A stretch of DNA of 64,000 nt, from NCBI GenBank assembly GCA_024137785.1, contig JAHRHZ010000022.1:22984977-23048976 (forward strand), given 5' to 3'. The notes under the pieces were generated by a model that was not told the origin of the DNA, did not search any database, and saw nothing but the letters and a program-made list of their open reading frames with translations. The translations under genes were made by a program, and so were the position numbers. Source of the stretch: Ginglymostoma cirratum. Taxonomy: Eukaryota. Positions 52,613-64,000 of the stretch are shown piece by piece; within the stretch, counting starts at the first letter, position 1, and each line of letters starts with the position of its first letter.

Positions 52613-53447
52613 AAGATAGTGTGTTGTTGGGTATAGCAAAGGAATCCAGCAAGGAATCTCAACAGGGATCTGTGGAATCTGATAAATCTCTGGTAATCCC
52701 CCCAACAAAATCCTGCCAATGCAGCTGAGTGCAACTAAATATGGCAGCAAAAATTTGCTGAATAGCAGTAACTACAAATCCCAGCCTTCCTCCAGTGACA
52801 AAGAGGATCATGCATTTCCTCTCACATGACAAGTTCTATTCTTCTGACATTTTTCTTGGGAGCTGCAGCCATGTGAACAATAAATATGATGTAAGTCTTT
52901 TGCAATGATCCTGAATTCCAGTTTAAGCTTAACCCAGTTAATGACACTGGAACCCAATTGACAGCTGAGCCAATTCCAGGTCAATAGCCAGTCTTTAGAG
53001 GAGCAATCATTGAGGTGGTGAACCAGGTCACCAGAGCAAGCGGATTGGGAATATGTCAACTGGAAAATAGGATTTTGAATGTTAAAAACACAGCCACTTT
53101 GTAAGCGCATTACAGAAGAGATTTGGCTGATTATATTTGTTGAGGGCATTGATCTAGATTCCAATGTAAGCACATGGAAGCTTGAAACATCTAGACAATG
53201 GAATGAGGTAATGTCCTGGGTGAAAACTTTAAAAGGCGAGTACTCCCTATAACGAACAGAGGGCTGGCTGTGTACTGCTGCAGTCCTTTTGATGAGTGTT
53301 TTGTTCATTCAGTGGAGAGATGTCCATTCGACAACTGGAAATATCAACCATTTCTTTTACCTAATGTCAACACCACACTTGTATGATTAATGTACATTGT
53401 ACTGCCCTCAGACTAAATGTAAAAGACAGGAATGGTACAGACTGAGC

Positions 53448-55262
53448 ACAAAGAAACAAAGAACAAAGGACAGTACAGCACAGGAACAGGCCCTTCGACC
53501 CACCAAAACTGTGCCGACACATATCTTTCTAAACTAAAAATCTTTAGCCTCTACACAGTCCGTATCCATCTATTCCCTGCTTGTTCATGTATTTGTATAT
53601 ATCTCCAGCAAGTCCTCTGGCAGCACATTCCAGGTACTTACCACCCTCAGTGGTAAAACTTGCCTCTCCTATCTGCTTTAAAATTACCCCGTTTTATCTT
53701 AAACCTATGTCCCCTAGTAATTGACATTTCTACCCTTGGTAAAGGACTCTGACTATGCATTCCTCTAATGCCTCTCAACATTGTGTAAATCTTTATTAAG
53801 CTGCCCCTTCATCCTTCAACGTTTAACTGAAAACAAACCAAGTTTGTTGAATCTCTCCAACAGCTAATACCCTCCAAACCAGGCAACATCCTGGTAAACC
53901 ATCTCTGTAGCCTCTCCAAAGCCTCCACATCCTTTGGGTAATGTGGCGTCCAAAACTGTACACAATGTTCCAAATGTAGCCTAACTACAGTTCTGTGCAG
54001 CTGCAGCATGACTTGCTAATTTTTGTATACTATTCCTCAACCAATGAAAGTAACCATTGCCCTGTGCCTTCTGAACCGCCTTATCCACTTATGAGAACTT
54101 TCAGGGAACTGTGGACTTGTATGACCAGATCCCTCTATATGTTGATGCTACTAAGGGTTCTGCAACTTACTGTACACTTCCCTCCTGCATTAGATATTCC
54201 ACAATGCATCATCTCACATTTGTCCAGATTACATTCCATCTGCCATTTCTGCCCAAATCTCCAGTCTTCTATTTCCTTCTATATCCTCTGGCAATTCTCC
54301 TCACTATCCACAGTTCCCCCAATCCTTGAGTTATCAGCAAACTTAAAAATCAGGTCACGTACATTTTCCTCCAAATAATTTATATATATTTCAAGCAACA
54401 GAGTTGCCAGCACTGATCCTACGGAACACCTTTGGTCACAAACCTCCAGTCAGAAAAACACCTTTCCACCCTTCTAATTCTCTGTCTTCTATGACTAAGC
54501 TAATTCTGTATCCAACTTACCAGCTCACCACAGATCCCATGTGACTTCACTTTCTTTATCAGCCTGCCATGAGGGACTTGACACAGACCTTGCTAAAGTC
54601 CATATAGACACAATCTACTGTCTGCCTTCATCAATCATCTTTGTCACTTCCTCAAAAAACTCAATAAAGTTTATGAGACACAACCCTCCCTGCAAAAAGC
54701 CAAGCTTCATATCACAAATAAGTCCATATTTTTCAAATGTGAGTAAATTTTATGCCTAAGTATCTTCTCCAATAATTTCCCTACCACTGACTTAAGACTC
54801 ATCAGCCTATCATTTCGTGGAATATCCTGTTGCCTTTCCTAAACAAAGGAACAACATTGACTATTATGTAATCCTTTGGAACATCTCATATGACTAAAGA
54901 TGATGCAACGATTTTATACAAGGTCCCAACAATTTCTTCAGCTGCCTCCCTCAGCCTTCTGGGATAGATCCCATCAGGTCCTTGGGACTTGTCTACCTTA
55001 ATGCTTTTCAAAAAACCTAACACCTCCTCCTTTTTTTATATTGACATGCCACAGAATATCAACATACCCTTCCTGAGACTCACCATGCAATATATCCTTC
55101 TCCTTTGTGAATACTAATACAAAGTATTTGTTAAAGTCTTCACCTAACTCCCCCGATTCCATTCATAAATTCCCTCCTTTGCCCTTGAATGGACCTACCT
55201 TTTCCGTCGCTACCCTCTTCCTCCGTATATACATGTAAAACACCTTAAGATTTTCCTTAAAA
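53448..55262 (-). mobile_element. CR1 LINE RT and 3' end
   Basis: MLQLHRTVVRLHLEHCVQFWTPHY.KDVEALERLQRWFTRMLPG, plus upstream RT motifs. Confidence 0.95.
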
Positions 55263-55264
55263 AA

Positions 55265-55460
55265 TGACATTACTGAACCAGGTATCTCTTTTCCTTCCTC
55301 CAGCCAATTAGCCTGATTATTATTACACTCCTAATTCCAGATTTTTTTTTGTTGAACTCCACCATCTGCCATAGCAGGATTCCAACACAGGTACATAGAA
55401 CATTACCTCAGTGTTTGGAATAATAGTCTAGCAGTAATGCCACTCAGCCATCACCTTCCC
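55265..55460 (-). mobile_element. tRNA-head SINE 5' fragment (same family as 59745-60470)
   Basis: Minus strand gggaaggtgatggctgagtgg...tgttggaatcc...gcagatggtgg. Confidence 0.6.
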
Positions 55461-55761
55461 TCATTCATGGGAATCATGTAGTTTACAACTATACCATTAT
55501 TGTCATCTTGCTATTTCTGGTAAGAGTCAAGGTCTTGATCAATGAGTGTTAGATAACCAATGTAATTCTTAAGCGCGTAATCACCAGGAATGAACTCACA
55601 GCATCACAAACTCATTTTATTTAGTATTCCTATAGTTTCAAAGAAATGGGCCCATGTAGAGAAAAGGGTTAACTATACTGTTACTCCAGTAATGGCTTCT
55701 GAGCACAAACACTAGATCTATGCCATGATGCTATCAGATTGCATGGAATTGGGATGCAAGA

Positions 55762-58700
55762 TGTAGGGTTTCAGAGGTGTCTGCTCTTACCTTCTCCCTT
55801 GCACAGTTACAGTTAATAAAGATTGTTGTTGTCAACTGACATGGGTGTGGAGTACCTCTATGAACACAACCCAGGTACGATCATACTACACGATAGCAAG
55901 CAGTGACCAGATCCACAGATCTAGTGGGAAGCAGTAAGTGAGCACCTGAAGAAAGGCCCAGTGGAAGTAGATTGCAGTGAGTAAAGGCCAGTCCAGCAGT
56001 CCAATATCAGAGGTGTGGCAAAACCTAAAGAGAAACCTGACCACAGCAGGGAGGAGTGGGGGATGGCCTTTAGTGCTGACCCTGTCATTAGGTCACACTG
56101 AAGTAAAACTACTCAATACTGAAGAAGGGGGTGAAAGTATAGAGTTTTTACACAATGCACCTTACAATAATACATGATAATGGAAAAGCCTTGCTTTTAC
56201 CAAAGCCTCTGGACCATGCACAGGCCCTGATTAGATTGTGTATTAGACCAACTGATGCTAAGGTTTCAGCAGTTACCGCATTGCCTCAAGCCTCGATCAA
56301 ATACCAAATAAAATCCAAGTCTGTGCATTTGTACAATTGGCAGCAGTGCCAATGCTATTCACATCAGACAAGTGAAGAAGAGGAACTCACTAAATGTCGT
56401 TAAGACCTTTGACTCAGTATAAGATATAACCCCATTAGGTACTGGCATCATTGATTCTTTTCTGAATGTCTTGGACCGTCTCACTGATAATGTGAACCAT
56501 TGATAGGTGAGCTCAGAAGTGACTGCATTGTGGTAGGGTGATGGATGAAACTGTGTTTACATTCTGAAGAGGACCCTCACATTCGTCAAGTGTGTGCGAT
56601 TCACCAGACAGGTTGAATTTCTCAAGCTAAGCAAGTTTATACATGGGACAGAAAACTCTGCTGAAGCCAGACCACTGACTATAATTCAGGTCAATTCATA
56701 AATTAAAGTGTTACGAACGTGCCAGCAATGCAGTGGCCAATTCATGAAGGATATATTTTCCGCTGTTTGTGTTGAGGCAGGAAAGCCACAACTTTGTCAC
56801 ACGTGCATACCATAATCAAGATCATTCTAAGGTGGTTTGTCAAAGCAGCAATAGGAGGTTTCCCTTTGCAGGACAAAAATTTAAAGCAGACCACCCCAAT
56901 CTGCTGTTCCCCAAAAAGTAGGTGTTACTCAGGATCAGGAAACAAACTTTTGTAGGATACGGTAAATTAACAGGATGATATCTGGAGTGCAACGTTCATA
57001 GTGAATGGCAGGAAAAACAATTTTAAATTGGATGCAGGGACATGTGTTTCTATTCTTTCAGGTTCAACACCACTGTTGAAGTATCAACTTCTCTATTTTC
57101 CAGCAAACTTCAACGTTCAGGAGGTGTTAAGAGTATAAGAGCATAAAGAAGATATGGTTATTCTAGGCTACACTGGGAGAGAGATCATTGGTTCTCGTAT
57201 GTCCTTCTCAGTCAGGATTGGCTGTTATTAAAGAGAGACACTTGTGTAGCTTTGAATCTTTTTTATTCACCAGCCGCAGCAGAACAGGTTGACTCATTGC
57301 CCTGTTAGCCAGTCTTTATTGAAGAACCAGCAGACTTCAGGAGGATTTTACGGACCTTTACCTTCTCTTTGAGGGAAGGCTAGAAGGTCTGAGAACAGGA
57401 TGCAGCAAGAATGACAGTGACCAATAGCAGAATGACATTCTAGACTTTAAATGCTCTTTCAGGAAAAAATACTGAAGCTTCTGCAGAGGCAGATAATCTA
57501 TGAGTGAAGAGGTCCTGGATCTTGCTACACTCTGCGTTCAGTACTGAGGGTTACATAGTCTGTGCTTTCAATTTTGAGGAGAGTCATCCTTTTGTTGACA
57601 AGGGTAATAAAAAGGTTAATTTGTCTGCTTATTCCACTGAGGCCACTGATGACATATACCGGCAATTGCAAGCTGCCAGGACAAAACTATCCAAGAAGGA
57701 TAAGATGTTTAACTCCAAATTAGATCAAGCAATAGGGAACATTTAGAGATTATTAGTCTTCATAAATGGCAGCTGAAGTCTGCATTTGAAATCCATCAGC
57801 AAACCATAGAAGGCATCAGGTTTTCTTCCTGTAAAGGGACAGAGGCTCAAATTACAGAGCTTCTAGAACTGAAGATACATTAGAAAGCCTAAAGCCGACC
57901 CATCAACTGGTGTTTGATACTCACTTAAGCAAGAGTAGCTTAATCCAACTTAAAACAAAATGTAATGGTCAGCTATTAACTGTCTCAGCGCAATCAAGTA
58001 ACATAGCAATAGTCTGAAAAAGTACACACACTAGCTGCTCCTACCAACACCAATCAGATTCTTGACAAGAAAATGCTTGGGGCCAAGGTTGAATTTTTGG
58101 GCAAGTCTACAGATTGGGCTATTCCATAGAAGCTTCCCGTTGATCCCGATGCAGGGGTTATTCTGTTGTTCTGATGGTGCAATCCTTACTTTTGTGGTTA
58201 GACACCTAGGGAGCTCCTTCTCTGAAGCACCATAGCCTCAGATGGATACCACCACCTGCAGAGAGAGAGATTCCTACCCTGGAAGTAACAGGACAGTCCT
58301 CAATCCCTCATCATTTGAATTACATTCACAATGTTTTTGTTCTTTTAATCTGTCACATTCAGCCTTGGATCAGAATGCAGAGGAGAATTCCACTTTGTTG
58401 TCTTCCTTTTAAAGGGGGTTGTGATCAATCAAGTCCTGGAGCATTATCTCCTCAATCAGATCTTCCTTCACTGCTCTTCACCATTTTTATGTTCTGGTCG
58501 TAGTAAGTGTCAGAGTTCAGGACCAGCTGTTATGAAAAGTTAGATTCCCATTCCCCCATTGTGTTCACCTTCCAAGGAAACCATACATCCTACATATCCT
58601 CTAAGAGAGTGGAGAACATGGCTGGTGATTGACACTTTAGGCACAAGATTTTCCGTGGATGAGGGGAGACATCCAAGGGTTGAACCGGAACCATAAATAG

Positions 58701-59290
58701 TTTAAAGGTTAACAGTTTGTGGTTACAGTGAACCTGGGGGCAATAGGGAGTAAAGGGCCAACTATCCTTAAGGTCTAATAATAGCTACCGAGCATGTGAA
58801 TAAGAGATCATATAGCACTGGGAGACAAGTGCAGCACAGTAGGTCACTGATTAGCACTGCTGCCTCACAGCACCAGTGACGCAGGTTCGATTCCAGCCTC
58901 AAGTGACTGTCTGTGTGGAGTTTGCACAGCGTACCTGTATCTGCAGGGATTTCCTCCAGGTGCTCCAGTTTCCTCCTACAGTCCAAAGATATGCAGGTTA
59001 CGTTAAATGGCTATGCTAAATTGCCCATAGTGTCCAGGGATGTGTAGGCTGGGCTAGGTGGGTTACCCATGGGAAATGCGGAATCAAAGGGATGGGGTGG
59101 GTTTCGTTGGGATGCTCTTTGGAGGGTTGCTGTGAACTCGATGGGCCAAACGGCCATTTCCACACTTTAAGGATACTATGATTAAGTGTGTAGGGTTTCA
59201 GAGCTTCTAGAATACATTGAAAATTGTCTTACCCTCTCCTACATACAGTATGTTAAAGATTATTGATATTTACTATTGAACATTGGGGTG
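55762..59290 (+). mobile_element. Decayed, internally deleted Gypsy LTR element 2
   Basis: LTR pair both starting TGTAGGGTTTCAGAG (55762 and 59189) and sharing tcttacc.tctcc and taaagatt.ttg; gag-like DCIVVG about 56521; protease FKLDAG about 57022-57040. Confidence 0.7.
58829..59183 (+). mobile_element. HE1-type V-SINE inserted just before the 3' LTR of Gypsy 2
   Basis: Head, V-domain and tail; short TSD aagtg. Confidence 0.88.
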
Positions 59291-59937
59291 AACCAGGTCA
59301 TATCAACAAGCCAGACATAATCACACTACAAACCATTTATTATCAAACTGACTCTGGATTCAAACTCAGGACGGAGAGCATAATTTTACATTTTCATTCT
59401 AAGTTTCTTTTCTCCAAACTTGAGTACAGTTTTGGATTACAATTCTATGGACTTCAAAAGCCCTTTCAAAGTGATTATATGTGAACTTAGATAGCAAATG
59501 TGAGTGAATTTATCCACCGTTCATGGGAATGTCCATGGCAAAACTGAATGGATCTTCATGCATTGCCCACATACAACCACTTCCAGCTAGGAATGATTGG
59601 AGAATGACTGTTAGGGCAACATTAGACTTTTTAATCTGTCAGCTTGGATTGGGTCCAAAAACAAATGCCAAGGCTGATAGTTCTTTTTCCAAAGTGGTTT
59701 GGCCCAACAAAGTGACTTGCTTAATTATTTCGGTGGAAATTTAGAAATGAACCATACTGCCGACAGTCTGGAGTCCTATCTGAGCAAGTCCACATAAGGA
59801 TGGCAGATTTCCTTCCCCAGAGGGCATTAGTGAATCTGAGATAAAAGGTACTGCAGATGCTGGAGAATCCGAAATAACAAGGTGTGGGGCTGGATGAACA
59901 CAGCAGGCCAAGCAGCATCATACGAGCAGGAAAGCTT

Positions 59938-59965
59938 GACGTTTCGGGCCTAGACCCTTCATCAG
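59938..59965 (-). ncRNA. Minimal type-I hammerhead ribozyme motif
   Basis: Minus strand CUGAUGA A GGGU CUAG GCCC GAAAC GUC. Confidence 0.8.
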
Positions 59966-60220
59966 AAATGGGGGAGGGGAAAAGGGTTCGCCACCCCCAT
60001 CTCCTATCTACTAACCTCATCCCGCCCCCTTGACCTGTCCGTCCTCCCTGGACTGACCTATCTCCTCCCTACCCCCCCACCTACACTCACCTTTACTGGC
60101 TTCTTCCCCACCTCTTCGACTTGTCTGCCTCCTCTCCACCTATCCTCTCCTCTATCCATCTTCTATCCGCCTCCCCCTCTCTCCCTATTTATTTCGGAAC
60201 CCTCTTCCCCTCCCCCATTT

Positions 60221-60248
60221 CTGATGAAGGGTCTAGGCCCGAAACGTC
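60221..60248 (+). ncRNA. Minimal type-I hammerhead ribozyme motif
   Basis: CUGAUGA A GGGU CUAG GCCC GAAAC GUC; predicted cleavage after C60248. Confidence 0.8.
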
Positions 60249-60534
60249 AAGCTTTCCTGCTCATATTAGTGAATCTGATATGTTTTTAACAGTAATCCAG
60301 TGGTTTCATGGTCACTATTATTAGTTTTTTTAATCACAGAAGTATTGATTAACTGAATTGAAATTTCACCAGCTGCTGAGGTAGGACAAGATTTGAACCT
60401 ATATCCCCAGAGAATTGTGTGACCCTTTGGTTTAATAGTGTTGTAAATTATCTATTAGCACCGACCCCAGTCAATATCCTGGCAGCTTACCAGAAACTGA
60501 GCTCGACCAGCTTTTTAAAAGCTATGCTGCAATA

Positions 60535-61375
60535 ACTGGTCCTAGGCTGGGAATTCTGCAGTGAACAACTCACCTCCTGACTCCCACTTCCCATATATAC
60601 CATTTACAAGGCACCAATCAGGAGTGTAATGGAGTACTGTCCACTTGCAGGCACAGGTATAGCTCCAAAAACACTAAAGAAGCTTGACTCTATCTAGGAC
60701 AAAGAACCCATTTGATTGGCACCATATCCACCAACTTGAACATTCACTTCCTCCAGCGCCAGCACTCAGGGCCAGCAGAGTGAGCAGAATGGGTATGAAG
60801 GAGATGCCATAAGCACTGTCTACTCTGATGATATCATTGGGCATGTGGGCACAACAGCCTCTGTGACAATATCTACCATATCAATGTGACCCACATCTAG
60901 TTTGCTAACATGAAGTAAACTATAGACTGTTAACTACAAAATATTCCCTGAGTTGTAGACGAGGCAGCTTTCCTTTACCACACCAGACCAAGCTGGCCCT
61001 GAAGTTTCGTGCCCTTAAACGGGATAGCGGCAGCAATCTTCATCTTGAGCAGCACCTCATACAACACACAACGAGCTGGCATACCCATCCAACATGGGCA
61101 AGATACATTGCCGAAATTCATAAATCCTCCTTTGGCAACACATTCCAAACTGGCAAACATTACCACCTAGAAGGATAAAGACAGCAGATGCATGGGAACA
61201 TGACCATCTACAAGCTCTCCACAAAGGAACACATTACCCTGAGTTGGAAGTACATTATTGTTCCTTTATCATTATGCTGGATCAAAATTAGTTCCGGAAG
61301 GAGGATCACTACCACTTTCTTGAGGGCAATTAGGGATAGGCTTACCAACCACATCCTTTGGAAAAATTTTGAAAA
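60535..61375 (+). mobile_element. Fragment of the 3983/12220 LINE family, interrupted at about 60783-61085
   Basis: aactcacctcctgactccc and aagaagcttgac; 3' end gagggcaattagggatagg. Confidence 0.75.
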
Positions 61376-63292
61376 ATGGATTGAGTAGCTTGGTGATTGG
61401 ACTATCAATCTAGAGGCATTGGAAGTAGGGGCAACAAATGCTGGAGAACAAGCAACAAAGAGGTCAGAGCCCAATCTCAGTTGGGGGCCTGATCCTGAGG
61501 AGGTCCATTACTAGAGGTGTGGGGTGCAATCAGTTGCATGAGAGAGGTCTGCATTAGAAAGGGGTCCAAACCTATGGGTGCAGGAAATAAGAGGCCAGGT
61601 GGAGTGGAATATCAGTCAGGGAGAAGCCTGGTGGAACTTTGGTAGGGGAATGTGTGCCTTGGAATAATTGGAGTCTTTAAGATAGCTGGGTAGGAGAAGT
61701 CAGAGTTCTCAGTTGAGAAGTTTATGGGGATGGAGTTCAATCTGCCTGGGAATCTTTCCACCACTCGCCCACGCTTCCTCAAAGAGGCAAAACACATGTG
61801 TGAAGATATGCTGATGAAATCTTTAACTACTCAAAGTAGTAACAACCTCCACATTCCCACCATTCTACAGGTAAAGAATTCACTTCTGAATTCCCTGCTG
61901 GATTTATTAGCAACCGTCATGGTTCAAATTATTTAAGTTTTATGTTTTAGACTGAATCAAAATTAGATCATTGCAAAGAACTCACAAATTAAGCACTGCC
62001 AAAGCGGTCTACTGCCATGTTGGGTGTTAAAATCATCACTAAGTTTAGATCAGATCATTTTAGGCCGTTATAATGACTCAACAGCCTCAGGAGAGAACAT
62101 TATAATTTCCCTTAAATGCTCTGCATTTCATGCATGGAGAAAAACAAAAAAAAATAGAAAGTTGCTTCGTCGACATGTGAATAATAAATATCACTGACAG
62201 AAATAAAGTACTGGATGTCCCCTAGTCAGTGCACACTTTGTACCATGTACAAATGCCAAGAGTTGTGACAACAATTATATCCATCCATGTGTTTACATAA
62301 TTTTGTTTCTCTTTAGCAAAACAGAGGCAGCTTGAGCTATTGATAAATGCTTTAATTTAAAAAGGTGTGAAGGGGTGTAGTAACTGGAAAAAAATATAAC
62401 AAGAGGACTTCTGTGAGCGGACGCATTTTGTTTGATAATGCTCCTATAAAGTACTTTAGGACACCTTACTAAGTTGAAGACACTATATAAATGCAGATTG
62501 TTGTATTCAAGCCATAGCATTAAAACCATTATGCAATGATACATAGAAGAGCAACAGTCCTGCTGCCTGACACAAAATTATCACACATCACTAGGACAGA
62601 AATGTAACAATTAAAGTGGTGGAAAAGCTCCTGCAACTGGCTTCCACACACTCCACTGAACCATAACCAGGGAAGAACAGCTTGGTGGGAGGGGCTCCTT
62701 ACCTAACTTGGCCAACTCCAGCTCAGCATTTTCCAAGTTCTATCACATGACCTCCCAATGTCCCAGCCCCGCCTGATCGATGAACATGCCCAACTTGATG
62801 CTGCACCACTTGCCTACAGTCAGTTGGATACTGAAAGACTAGTGAACATTGCTAGGTTCGATGATTGTTGACTACCAGTTAAACATCTTTTCTTTACAAT
62901 CAACACATTTGTATCCAACAAGTAAGTATTGAAAAATACTTTTATTATTTTTATGATTTTTCTCCTGTGTTGCTTTCAGCTGAATCCTGGGAATTAATCT
63001 GTAACCCCTGAAAACTCAGAAGGGTTGGCAATCCCTTTGTCAGAGCAACAAAGATGCATCCTGGTTAGGGTCTCACATAAAAGTGAAGGATGGAAAAACA
63101 TGAGAATCTTAGGCCTGAATTTGTGCTAAAATCCCATCCTCTACCAACTTCCTACAGTTTGTAAAGGGAATATTTACCTTTTACTCCAGAATAATGCATC
63201 AAATATTTGATTTTTTATCTTTAACCATTATTGCCAACCGTCTTCTAACACACCCAGTGCTGACACATTGTCAGGGGTTAGTTCCAATGGAT

Positions 63293-63517
63293 CAAAAACA
63301 AAGTTGCTGGAAAAACTCAGCAGGTCTGGCAGCATCTGTGAAGGGAAAAACAGAGTTAACCTTTCAGGTCCGGTGACCCTTCCTCTGAGGAAGGGTCACC
63401 AGACCCGAAACATTAACTCTATTTTTTCCTTCACAGATGCTGCCAGACCTGCTGAGTTTTTCCAGGAATTTTGGTTTTTTTCCTAATTTACAGCATCCGC
63501 AGTTCTTTCGGTTTTAT
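63293..63517. mobile_element. Fold-back Penelope-like element, family B
   Basis: Inverted arms meeting at cttcctc-t-gaggaag; imperfect TSD ttagttcc(aa/g)tggat at 63278-63292 and 63518-63531. Confidence 0.88.
63385..63414 (+). ncRNA. Minimal type-I hammerhead ribozyme motif (family B)
   Basis: CUGAGGA A GGGUC ACCA GACCC GAAAC AUU; stem I 5' strand lost at the inversion junction. Confidence 0.6.
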
Positions 63518-63529
63518 TTAGTTCCGTGG

Positions 63530-64000
63530 ATGTTGAGGTTGTACAGGGCATTGGCAAGACCACTTCTGGTCTACTGTGTCCCGTTCCGGTCTCCCTATTA
63601 CAGGAAGGATATTATCAAGCTGGAGTGGATTCAGAAGAAATTTACCAGGATGTTCCCAGGAAAGGAGGGTTTGTGTTATAAGAAGAGGCTGGATAGACTG
63701 AGACTTTTTCCACTGGCGCGTAGAAGGTTCAGGGGTGACCTTATAGAGGTTTATAGTATCATGAGAGGTAGAGATAAGGTGAATGGCAGGTGTTTTTGTT
63801 CTAGGTTGGGGAATTTCAAGACTGGGAGACATATTTTTAAGGTGAGAGAAAGGTTTAAAAAAGACATGAGGGACAAGTTTTTTATACAGTTCATGTGTGG
63901 AATGAACTTCCAGAGGAAGTGATGGATGCAGGCACAGTTACAATGTTTAAAAGACATTTGAAGAAGTACATGAATAAGAAATGTTTGGAGGGTTAAGGGC
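63530..64000 (+). mobile_element. CR1 LINE 3' fragment running off the window
   Basis: MLRLYRALARPLLVYCV.FRSPYYRKDIIKLE.IQKKFTRMFPG...RRRFRGDLIEVY. Confidence 0.95.

Larger units (their letters stand above)
59840..60264. mobile_element. Young fold-back Penelope-like element, family A, with a hammerhead on each strand
   Basis: Perfect 14-bp TSD attagtgaatctga at 59826-59839 and 60265-60278; 66-bp inverted arms at 59924-59989 and 60197-60262 with one mismatch; CT-rich spacer. Confidence 0.93.
59745..60470 (-). mobile_element. tRNA-head SINE interrupted by a PLE
   Basis: ggatggcagatttccttcc...cattagtgaa continues after the insertion with tttcatggtca...tttgaacc. Confidence 0.65.

Noticed and set aside
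52808-53308. 166-aa minus-strand ORF in unique sequence
   Set aside because: No recognisable homology or gene context; about one ORF of this size is plausible by chance. A blastp or conservation hit would reopen it.
1-64000. CRISPR arrays, rRNA genes, prokaryotic operons or endogenous non-retroviral virus genes
   Set aside because: No regularly spaced repeats, rRNA motifs, dense ORF packing or viral protein motifs were seen; the content is typical vertebrate repeats.

Overview
This is repeat-rich vertebrate DNA, most likely from a shark. That taxon is inferred from the HE1/V-SINEs, SacSINE1-like DeuSINEs and shark-type CR1 LINEs. No complete gene is present. The first 7 kb holds what looks like the 3' end of an unidentified small-exon gene on the + strand (exons 156-204, 4633-4683, 7061-7091; ...GRERTLSPYLFRLVSKSARQDLKFQALQKYIEGTITPVFWEE*). 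The rest is intergenic and holds decayed CR1, L2, RTE and Crack/L2-like LINEs, several SINE families and Harbinger-like remnants. Two decayed Gypsy LTR elements have recognisable LTR pairs, and one of them is heavily nested. The most notable signal is about 12 short insertions from two related Penelope-like (PLE) families. They are mostly fold-back (inverted-arm) elements with 12-15 bp target-site duplications, and they carry minimal type-I hammerhead ribozyme motifs (CUGANGA-A-stem II-GAAAC-GUH), sometimes on both strands. One copy is still joined to a GIY-YIG endonuclease C-terminus. A 400-N assembly gap lies at 29232-29631. Repeat boundaries were read by eye and are approximate unless a TSD is given.
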